This document shows positions 1-11,005 of a stretch of DNA of 64,000 nt, one piece after another. Source of the stretch: Macrostomum lignano (Eukaryota); contig NIVC01000362.1 of NCBI GenBank assembly GCA_002269645.1, forward strand, positions 186,001-250,000, read 5' to 3'. The position numbers and the translations under genes were made by a program. The notes beneath the pieces are model-generated. The model made no database searches. It had not been told where the DNA came from and saw only the letters and a list, made by a program, of their open reading frames with translations. The first letter of the stretch is position 1. Each line of letters begins with the position of its first letter.

Positions 1-1340
1 CGTACCTTCATTTTTAAATTAAATGCTGCACGCCGAAATTGAATGGGAAATCTGGATGCAGAGCAGTTTTTGTCCATAGACATGCAGAATGAACGCCGTT
101 ACTATGGTATGAAATAGAATATCCATGCAATTGGCGAAATTGAATGCTGCTTGACGAATTGGAATGACCGTTGAAGTATTGCAAAAACTAAATATAGGAT
201 TCAATACTTGGTTTTTCTTGCTTAAATGTGTATGGCACTCGTGCGCTTCGCTGGCACTCGGTCACAAAGGTCATGGTACAATACTTGGTTTTAAGTGCTT
301 AAATGTCTAGGTTGCCAATAGAAACGGCCGGGTGATTCCCAAGGTTGCGCATGTATGACAGGATATATATTTCTCGTGCATTAAATGACTCCAGCCAATA
401 CGCGATCACGAGCCATTTAAGCACGCTTTTAGCGTTTAATGCACGCTTTTACACATTTATATCGTGTTACAATATACTCGTAGAATGATGAAATTGAATG
501 TCAGCTTGCCAAAATAGAATGTGAGTTTTGTTGAAATTGAATGAAAAAAGATGTAATTAAAAATATTGTTTTGTCATGCTACATGTATGTGGAACAGTGA
601 ACATCCGAAACGGAACGGCGCATAGACAGACCAAGCGTTTGAATTAAACTCGTGAAAGTAAGCTATAGACAACTCAATTTCTCATGCTGGAACGATGTGC
701 CAAAATAGAAGGAACGATTTGAGTTTTTATTTGCAGAAATTATATAAACAGGTGATGAGGACGCACTTTTTTCCAAACCCCGCGCTAGCACATGGGCTCT
801 AAACTTACTAGCCTACTAACAGTGAGCGATGGGCATTTTTATCCTTTTTCTGCGAATTGTCATAGAATCTATACTAGATATAATGTTTGGTTATACTAGT
901 AGTCATAATAACATAGGCGCTGCTTTTGGGTCATAAATCATCGCTTTCGAAGCTGGTCTGACAGCCACCTGCGCCTCACTCAGTGTTGAGGCGGGCGCCA
1001 GATGGTCTGAGAGGATGCGGGCGGTAGCTTTTTTCTCATCATTTTGACAGGCCATCAAGATTTATGAGGTCAGAGCCTATTGTTCGTGTTCACTCAAGCG
1101 TGTGACAGCTTTGACAGCTATGCGTTTTACCCCTAAAAGTACGTTGGGATTAGCGATTAGCGATTTCTCTTCATTATCTTCACTTTCTATTTAATAAGAG
1201 CTTTCTAATGTATATTTGTTCATTAATTTTTGTCAATCCTACGCGATAAGTCATAAATCATTTTGTTGCGATTTTGATTGATTTATGGCCACACCTGTCA
1301 TCTTTTTACGATCCTGTGGGAACTGATAGGATCTCCCGGT

Positions 1341-1471
1341 CACGTGATTCTGGGTGGCAACAAGTTCAGCCAATCAGAAAATTCGGCGCTCATTTTAACA
1401 AATCGGCTCAGCCAATCAGAATCGACATGTTCCATTATAACAAACTGCGGTCCAGTTGGCGGCTATTTAAA
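1341..1471 (+). promoter_or_regulatory. Pol II promoter-like cluster (E-box, two CCAAT boxes, TATA-like), possibly from a decayed retroelement LTR
   Basis: CACGTG at 1341-1346; CAGCCAATCAGAA twice (CCAAT at 1370 and 1412); CTATTTAAA at 1463-1471. No recognisable downstream gene. Confidence 0.3.
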
Positions 1472-4071
1472 CCGGTGTTTTTGGCCCGCTCGGACTCCAA
1501 CTTGCTCGGGCCCAGCACGCAACTTCTGGTTCCCGGAGCGCGACCGCCGTTTCTTGATCCCCGGATTGCGACTTCCCCCCATCATCATCAAGGACGAATT
1601 CCCCGGTCATCAGCAGCGAACATCAAACGAAGAGCATCACCTGCTAGCTATCTGCGAAGACTGTGACAGCATCATCCCGGGTCTACAGCTACAGAGCATC
1701 AAGCCGATTCGGTCACTGTGGATTACCTGGTCTCCGGCTGTTGAGTTTCTGATTGGTTGGGTGAGAGGCTACCTGGACTTGCTTGATTGAGTGATCCCTT
1801 ATCTGTCCCCTGTTTCAGTAGCTGGATTAGGCGCACACTTTTGCTCTTTTTGTTCAGTAGTGCTGTAATCGAGGCAGAAGTCATTCAATAATACTGCTAG
1901 TAGTCTGAAACTCCAATTCAATCTGAAGTGTGAAGTGATCTAAGGAGCAGGTTAAATCTAATAGTTATTCTCATCGGTTTTATTTCTTTGTTCGCCGATG
2001 GCTCAGGTGAGTAGCTAAGCTAGTAGGCGCCGGTCACAGTGGACCAATGGCAAGGCAGTTCTCAGTCGATCAATCTATCAAATCAGTTAGCGAAACTGCC
2101 AGTAGTGCAGAATCGGCGCCAGAGATGTACTTTGTGCACTCTAGGTTAGCCAAGCGGCTCGGGTAATGAATCATGCGATCTCTGATGTTCGAGTTAGTCT
2201 ATCATCAGCGCTATGAGAGTCTAGTTGGCGCGTTGAAGGCTGAAAGTCCAATTCCTCGTGTTTAGCAATGTAATAGTACATGTAGCTACCCCATAGTCTC
2301 GCCACTGCAAGAATACCCTGGACAAGTCCCCTCTATACCTGCATGGCCAATGCGATCTATAGTCCCAGCAGTGTCCCTTATCATCGGCTATGACTTCGAG
2401 ATTGACAGCAAAAAGACACTAGTTGGCAGGTAAGTGCAAAGCCCCTTCTAGTCGGAAGCCCGATTTCGAGAGTCCCGGTTTGGTGAGCCAGGGCGCACGG
2501 GCTGGTGGCAGCGAGTTGGTTAATCTGCGGATTAGCTAATTTCTACCTTCAAAATTCTCCCTGCTTGTCTCTCGCTGTCCCTCTCTTAGCTATAGGACCT
2601 AGACTGCTCGCCACACGATCAAGCTACCATGGGGCTGACCATCTGACAGGAGTGGGGGGCCAGGTCTCTAATTGATTTATTTCTGGGACCTGAGGCCCGA
2701 AGGCTTCCCCACAAGGGGGCCGAAAGGCCGAAACCCATCACAGGCATTATGGAAGCAAGGGGGGTCGCCTCACTTTTAACCAATTGCACAGATCCTTTGC
2801 AGATGCTTTTCTTTCAGACTGCTTACTCCTCTTCTTCTATCTATTAAAAATATGCTCCAGCGTCTAGGATCGGTGAGATGTCAGTCGAATTGCAAGCGGC
2901 TTTCGAAATCGGAAGCCTGCAAATAGGACTCTCTTGACAGTCTTTGGTAGAATGCCAATGTCATCGGATATTGATTGAACACTTTTTTGGATAAAAATAG
3001 CAGCCTTTGATTTTCGGTGACGTTATAGCCAGACTTTATGAAAAAATAGTCGAAGACTTATGCACTTGGGCTTAAATTTTCCGTAACATACTGATTGATA
3101 TTGAGTATTAAAATAATGAAAAATGAACAAGGATTACGCGATAAAATGTAGAGAAAATAATTTCCCACTGAGGTTTCATGTCTCTTACCTTCCGCTAATA
3201 AGAAAAAGCCAATGAGGTGGATGCTTTCGCAGGGTTTCAAGGAAATTCAGATTACACATGCACAACCATTGTCGCGACTTTCTTAGTCATTTCTTCAGTT
3301 CACCTTCACCTTGTCTCTGTTAATTACTCTGTTTTCTTAGTTTTAACTTAGTTTAAAACTTTTGCACTTTTTTTATATTTTATAATTGCCAAAGGCCTCC
3401 CTAAACAGCCTTTCTTTTCTTCTTTGCCGTCTTTCGCCTTCTCTCTCCATCTCTCTTCTTGTTTATATCAGAAAAGTGTTTTAATATTTTTGCCTTTTGA
3501 TTCTTGATGACGTAAGGTCCTGACGTTATTAAAAAAATATTAAAAGATTAATCGAAGCACTCAAGGCTATATGATCGCTAGCATAGAAAAATTGATAATC
3601 TAAACAATTGGTTGCAGCGTATCGGTTCTGTGTGCTCCTAAAAACGTTGACGCATTATCGTTATCGGCAGTCCACGGTGCAAGGCGGCGACGATATGCTA
3701 TCAGTCTCGTACAGACATTTGCGGCGCCATTACAGCTTAAATCGATTAACCGTGAGCAAAATAAAGTAAGTGCCTTGTTGTACCTCTGAAAACTCAAATA
3801 GTTCCTTCTATTCTGACTCATCGTTCCATAATGCATGACAAATCGAGTCGTCTATATGGCATAATAATTATCGAGTTACGTAATTTTAACGCTATTCAAC
3901 ATATGAATATTCAACATTCCACATTCGTAGCAACAACGTCAAAAGATGACAAGTCGATCCTACTAGCATTTACTCTCGATTGAAAACTGATCTGTTTGTT
4001 TATGACTCAAAGTGCGCAACGTTATAACACTAGAGCTAGAGCTCTAGACTAAAATAATGAGCGTACATATA

Positions 4072-4479
4072 CACTCAGAAATTTGCAGTCAGAACTGCCA
4101 CCCTACCGAGGGAGGCGAATTCTCTCTCACCTCAATCGCAAGTAATGTAACTTGCGCCGCGGCTGGGGGAGAGTGAATGCGAGAGAGGCGACTTCTATCT
4201 GTAAGTGCTAGCTGCAGCTGGGCACTATGCGATGACCGTCTCGGTCACCAGACATGAACCCGATCGAACATATCTGGGATATCTTACGAGCTAAAGCGTG
4301 GAACTCAGCGCGAAAATCTCTCGCAAAATGTCTTAAAGCTACGCCAGGCCATCGCTGACGCAGCGTCTTCGGCAGGATTTTCTGCGGCGCCTGGTTATGC
4401 GGATACCAGCCCGGTGTCAAATGAAGGGTCCGTAGGACGTTGCTAGACTCGTACGGGTCCTATTGAACCTTAGTCAGTG
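4072..4479 (+). mobile_element. Internally deleted Tc1/mariner remnant carrying the transposase C-terminus
   Basis: 4227-4290 translates as MR*PSRSPDMNPIEHIWDILR, i.e. the Tc1 WPxxSPDLNPIEHxW motif with W mutated to stop; frameshifted QNVLKLRQAIA and QDFLRRLV follow. Possible ends are TA|CACTCAG (4070-4078) and CAGTG|TA (4475-4481), but they do not form a matching TIR pair. Confidence 0.7.
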
Positions 4480-5504
4480 TAATAAAAATAGTTTGAGCAA
4501 GCAACTTTAAATCACTCCTGGAGCGCTGCTTTCGGTTACCTGCAAGTTTAAATGCATCAAATCAATGTACTTATCCCGGTCCTTATCTGGTCCGTTTTGG
4601 TCTTGCATCCCAAATGTGGAAAATGTCATGGAAATGCCTCAAATGTCTTCAGTAGTCATGATTTTGGTTAGTTTGAGGTCAAAAAGTGTATATTCAATAT
4701 TTAAGGACTTTTTACGAGCGTATTACTGCGGGCCGGTCCGTCAACAGTCCTCCAATATCTGATGAATTCGGATTGGAAAATCTCAGCATATATCTAAATC
4801 TGTACATACTACTTCGCCTTTTACTTAGTAGCCTATTCAACATTTAAATAGATCCCTGCATTCTTATTGTGTCCGTAGTATACAGCATACAATATGCTGG
4901 CTTTGCTAATCATGGTCTTGCTTATGTAATGCGCGGTATTTGGAATTGGCAGTGTAAAAAATCAACGAAGGCCCCACGGGGCAGTGATGGCTATATTTAT
5001 GCAAGTCAACGATTTACATAGAGAGAGCGAACGTACATTACAATTATTCAGCAAAATATTTGTCAATACGATACCAGTTCAATGACTGCCAATAAGGCAA
5101 GGAATAAAACCATTACACTTTAAAGACCCAAGACTAAACCGGCTATCGGTTCGAATAAATAGGTCGTGCACAAAATTGCCTAAATGAATTGAATTAATCA
5201 AAATGATTACTTCATGCTGCCTTTTGGCTCATGTACTTAAATCGCGCTGGTAGCTAGAGTGGGTGGGAAAATTTTTCTATTTTATTTGCCACGTCTCGAC
5301 TTAAAAGCTGTAAATTCTACTGTAAGTAGTGAACAAGCGATCAATAAATCTTCGGTTGAAGTAAAAAATTTGTTACAAAAAGGGCTTGCCAATAATTATT
5401 CTTTATTAGTATTATTATAGTTATTATTATGCCATTTATATCCTTTGGACTGTAGCCGATAGCCGTATTGAATTTTATTGTAATAGGCAATCTTTGGAAC
5501 TGAA

Positions 5505-5750
5505 TTCCATTGTTCAGCTGCGATGTCTTCAAGAGATTAAATAATGATTTTATTGGGTCTTGCCGCTGCCTAGAAAATCTGACGAAATACATTTTATAAT
5601 CTTTGGAAGCCTTGTTCACTTGTTGATGCCAAAAAAAGCTAGAACACATTATCCAGCTGACTGCAGAGTTGCTGCGATGTGTTCAAGTGATTCCATAATG
5701 ATTTTATTGGGTCTGGCGGCTGCCTAGAAAATCTGACGAAATACATTTCA
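5505..5750. repeat. Local direct duplication of about 85 bp
   Basis: gctgcgatgt(c/g)ttcaag...ataatgattttattgggtct...gctgcctagaaaatctgacgaaatacattt occurs at about 5517-5597 and 5671-5749. Confidence 0.8.
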
Positions 5751-6719
5751 AAAAATCTTGTATTGTGTCTGCTGTTCTGTAAACGCATTCCCGGGGGTGT
5801 TACACTCGGTATTGGGAGCTGGACAATCTGGACGTTTTCATATCAGCGCCGCTCTCAAATGTTTTGTGAAGATTAGAAAACGCGTAATTTGTCAATACTA
5901 GCGCAAATGTGCCGGCTTACAAGCCGAGACGCGTATATTTATCAAGGACTACTCAAGTAAGAAGGATTGGAAACCTCGAGGAAGGTTTTTCGAAAAAAAT
6001 GCATTACGGAGATTGGAAATTTTAATTTTTAGTATTATGGATTCTTATTGCATTCGATAGGAGGCAGACCCAATGTTAATCTTTTGATATGTTATACCTC
6101 TCTTATAGCTCTATTGATATTCATAAAGCTTTTCGTTCAGAAAATTTAGGATTCTCTGTAATGTTTTTTTCTACGTAGTACAATTGCACATGTCCTTTGC
6201 CTAAAAACATTTCAAAGGGCACAGCTCGGCTCATTGGTTTTATGAATTTATTTTGTCATTCTTGAGCAGTCCTTGATATTTATCTTACACGCTTCAATTT
6301 GCGAAAACCGGTCCTTAACGTACACCCGCAACAGTTGCGTACACTGTGTCCTATCACTTTCTCTTCTCGTTGACAGTTTTGTATAAAATAAAATTGATCC
6401 AGAAATTGCTGCGTTGTTCTTATTGCAATTAAGCTGGCTGCTAATCTGCTGAGAAAAGTACGTTCACCGATTGCCCTTTTCTGCATTCACTATCCCGCTT
6501 AGCCACGCCGCTAAGAATTACTAAAACAATGAGAAAATATTTTATCGAGCGATTCTGCAGTTTAGTCTTGTAAGTGAGTACGCTCGTATGGTAAGATATT
6601 CGTCATTTTTAGTGCTAAATACGCAAGTAAATAACTCGAAACTTCTTATTAAAAGTGTGCATACAGGTACGGTATTGTATCGGGATTTAAAATAAAAAAG
6701 TCCGGATTTGGAAGTTGCA

Positions 6720-6965
6720 TTAGCTAAAAGTCTGCTTTAGCTAAAAGCAATCATATTCGATAATACTTACCAACGATTCTATTGCAATATAAAATTACTC
6801 CAGAAAAGAATCAAAGGTTCTCCTTCACTTGCGTAGAATTTCTCTTTTTGCGACGGGTTTCTGCTTGCATGGTCCTGTGTACGAGCGTATTATATACCTG
6901 GGTTAAAAATGGAAGTTCCCTTTTGTGAACGCAAGTACTTTTTAGATGATAGCTATACTGTACAT
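6720..6965. repeat. Dispersed repeat, diverged copy 1 (partner at about 19050-19310)
   Basis: Collinear shared blocks tcatattcgata.t.cttaccaacg, ttctctttttg.ga, ttaaaaatggaagttc.ctttt.tgaac.caagta.tttt, gatgatagctat. Confidence 0.6.
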
Positions 6966-9678
6966 GTATACAGAGCTTAGAACTTTCCCTGAATAGGAAG
7001 CATAAAAGAGGCAAAGCCAAAGAGTGGTAAGGCGAGACCATGGAGTAAAATATGAGTGGAATAAAGGATGAGGCAGCTAAGACAATAGAGTCCCACAAAC
7101 AAGTACAAGTGGAAGCCCACAGTGAATGCAACAGCGCACGACAAACCTACAGCAGCCACCTCAGTTTCAGATAGCCCGGAGAATATTATTCAAGTAAGAG
7201 CCCGACACGGAGGCAGCCCCTGGGGGGGGGGGAGCGGGCACACCCAAGACCGATGGCCACCCCCGAGGAGCGTAGCAACCGAGGGATGACCTGCCTGCAC
7301 AAGAAGACAGCAAAAGAACTCAGGACTGGTTTCCCCAAACACTCAACTCTACCAGAGTAAAACTGATGAGTCTAACCGCCTCACCCTTGCCCTTGTGGCA
7401 ACACGCGTGTTCAGTGGCGTCGCCATGGATTTTATGGTAGGGGGAGGGGGTAAAGCCAAGTATTACTCAACATGACGAAGTTCCTACACTATTTTGGGAA
7501 TCGGTGATGTTAGAACTCTTTTTGGCGCCGCAGGCGCTCATTTTCGCTTCACAGGCACGAGATTTTGGCGCCTAAAGCAAAATTATTGATTTCCATAACG
7601 GATCAGAAGGCGTGGTGGAGAGGACAAAAGCATTGACATGCCCACACAGCCCCCTACAGACCCGAACAGTCTAACGAACCTCTGCTATCGACTACTCACA
7701 AACTCGAATCCTTAATTTTTTATTTCATCCTCCCTTATCAAATGCTCGCTTGCTTTAATGTGACTTCCCCTCTGTTTTATCTCCTCTTAGAATTTCAGAG
7801 GTTAGAGTTTTATCCTCTTTTGGAAAGATGTAGGCATACACTCTTCTCAGCTCCGTCCCACATTGTCGATGACTCACCCTCTCGCCTAAACTTATTGTTT
7901 ATTTACCAAGTCTTGTCATCCCCACCCCCAATATGAACTAATAAATAAATATTGATTAAAGAGCAATACAGCGACCACCTTTTCTCGGCACGCAAACGTA
8001 GGCTTCACACTTACTCGTAGGTCGATCGAAAATTTCAGCACGTGCTCAACTCACCTCGACCTCTGCTTTTTTCGGTTTTCTTGACAGAGCGACCCTGCGT
8101 GCAAATGGTCCATTCTGGTAGCAGGTAAATAAGAGGTAAACTGCTAAATCATGCAGTCGAGTGCGGATGCTCACGTCCGAAAGACACACGCTCAACCTCA
8201 AACATCCGGGTTCGTGGATATCCGTCGATTGGTGAGAAAAGCTTGGTAATAAAAGCCACCCCACTTTTTAGATCCACACAAACTCACAAATTAATTGGCT
8301 TCTACGAGCTCGTAATATCGTCTCCCTGTTCATCATCCGAGATTATGTCAATTTCGGTAGCAAGCAATTCCGGCTAGCTGTCGCTTACGTTCGGGCTCCA
8401 TTCTGTTGTGTTTAATAATGAGCACAATGAGCTCGAAAAGGTATGGAAGTAAAATCGATTCTAGGGCGCCAAAAGACTACCCTTGCTTTATGTTTTTCCT
8501 GCACTGGACTAGCTCTGCAAAGGGGAATTGGACCTCTTGAAAGGAAACAGGTAAAAGAAGCGTAGTGCGCAGATGTTCGTTATACCCTACTGCTGTGACT
8601 AACAGTAAGCTGCAAAGAGTTTTATTCGCAGCGAACACAGGATTACCAGCAATGCGACGATTTGTTAAACGGCCTTTTAAAGGTCACCACACAAAATTCT
8701 CAAACACAACACATTCCGTTTCATTGGAAACACTCTGGCGAAACGTATTGTAAGTTTAACTGGATTTAAGTACGCTAAAAAACCCCAAATTACAGCCGAT
8801 TTTCCATATCCGATATTGTAGCAAATCGGGTAGCAATTCCTAAGAAAAAAGATGTCAAATATGGTCAAAAGCACTTTTATCTGCCATTGATCTCGTATAT
8901 AGTTGCTAGTACGAGCTAAAATACGCACTTTTAGAAATTCGAATTTATTAAATTTTGCTTAACAAATCGTGGTAATACGAGTATCGTAACGCTTAGTAGA
9001 AAAAAGCTTCGAAATAAAAAAATGGCATAAGATGCAAATAAGCTGCTTTCAGTAATATGAATTTGCATGCAAGGATACAGGGAATTACTATAGTGATAAG
9101 TAATCGTTCTGGCGTTTCTGAAATTAAAATGTTGGATTCATTGTGTAAAACAGAAAGGTACTACATGTGCAATACTAATAGAAATTCAAAGTTTTTCCTT
9201 AAAAAATCTGGAGAATTTCTCAGCAGGGGGTCCTTTGTGGCTGTGAATGAGGCGGACTTGCGGCTTCAATTACTAAGAGCAGTGTGAGATGAACATGTAC
9301 TAGCTATAGTTTAGATTGCTCAGGGCGAAGGGACGCGTAAGCAGGGTGTTGCAACCTTCCTGCTGCCATTCTGTGCCATGACCCGCTACTTCCCTCTACT
9401 GCCCGCACACACGAACCCGCAGCACGCACACACAGGCGGGCTTGGCTCGGGGGAGAGGCTATTAGCTTACCCAAACTTCCTTATGCTTTGCCACCCAGGG
9501 AGAAGGCTTAGCAAGCCATAAATGAAATGATTGTGAAAGTGCGAAAAATGAGGAGTTTAGTAATCGTTAATAATTAGGCCCTTAGACGAAATAATCAGGC
9601 AATTAGGCGGCTTCACTATTGAGTAAAATACAGCAAAGATACGGTAACACAAATTTATACAGGAACTTACCGGCAGCT

Positions 9679-9779
<101 letters not shown>

Positions 9780-10153
9780 TGGAGTGACCGCGGGCGGCTG
9801 TAGACTGCGGACAGGCAGATAGTGAAGCGGCGATGCGCTGAAGCGACGAGGCGCTGATGAAGCTCAGGTGATGCTGAGGATGCTGGGCGGTATTGGACCG
9901 CGGGCCGGCAAAGGTTCGTCTTATAGACGAGTAAGGGTCAAATCGGCGTCTGTCGGCAAGTCCAAAGATAGGACAAGAAATCCCGGAGGTCGAAGGTCAG
10001 GACGAAGCCAGGACAGGACAGGAAAGAAAAAGAACACCTGCTGATTCTCACGCCGAAAATCAAAGGCGAAACTCACTTCCTTAAATCCGCCTCATCCTTA
10101 AATCCTCCTCAAATCCGCCGCCCCAAGGTCGTTTCCATGACTCCCTCTCTCTG

Positions 10154-10188
10154 ATTGGCCGCTGGGAAGATGACGTCAGAATGAGTCA
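10154..10188. promoter_or_regulatory. Cluster of inverted CCAAT, CRE and AP-1 sites
   Basis: ATTGG 10154-10158, TGACGTCA 10171-10178, TGAGTCA 10182-10188, inside an unexplained 9.85-10.9 kb purine-rich segment. Confidence 0.25.
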
Positions 10189-11005
10189 TGATGAGAAATA
10201 TGAGAACGGCATAGCAACATGAGAAATGGGAGAATTGCGCAATCCGGAGGAGGGTTGATGGGAAAATGAGCACAGCGGGGGTCGAAGAAGTGTTGCGCAA
10301 GCGAACATTGAGAACAATGGGATCCAGATCGAGAACAAAAGAAATGGAAATCGGGGATAATTGGGGAGAATCGAGAACAATAGAAAAGCAAACATTGAGA
10401 AAAAGTTGCTAATTGGGTACGAAAAGGAGAACAAAAGAATCAGAAACGAAAACAATTATAGAGGCGGAGGAGGGGTGGGTATCACATGACAAATCCCGGG
10501 AAGAGAACAATAGCATGAGAAAGGTTGCGCAAGAGGAGGGTGATGAGTCATGGGGGGGAGGGAGGGGTCGGGAGTCTTGCGTCACCATTTGGAATCCTAA
10601 AGGGAGACGGGGTGATGATGAGCACAAACAATACTCTAAGTAGGCACGGGATGAGGAGGGACAGCGCAAGAAAAACGGGCGAAAACATGATAAAAAAGAT
10701 CAGAATGGAATGAGAAACATGAGCAATACATGACAAATGGTGTGGGGCGCATGAGAAATGGGGAGGCGGGCGAGGTGCGAAAAAGGGCACCAGAAAGGCA
10801 AGTGTGGCTGAGTGGGAGACGGAACAGAAACAGCAGAGGGCGCAACAGAGCGGAGTCAGTTGGCCTTGTCCGGGACCCGACCCAGTCTCTACAACTCTGC
10901 CCAGCGGGTCAAAGGGGATCTGGGATATTTTGAAAATTTCCCCACACGATCCCGCGACCAAAACGTGGTGAAAATACTTTTGAAATAGCTTTGACAATAC
11001 AAAAG

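Noticed and set aside
1274-1790. Overlapping 130-aa and 170-aa ORFs
   Set aside because: No recognisable motif; they overlap promoter-like elements and probably belong to a decayed repeat.
7362-7400. CTGATGAG hammerhead core motif
   Set aside because: No stem II or GAAA follows; the same applies to CTGATGA at about 4765, 9856 and 23563.
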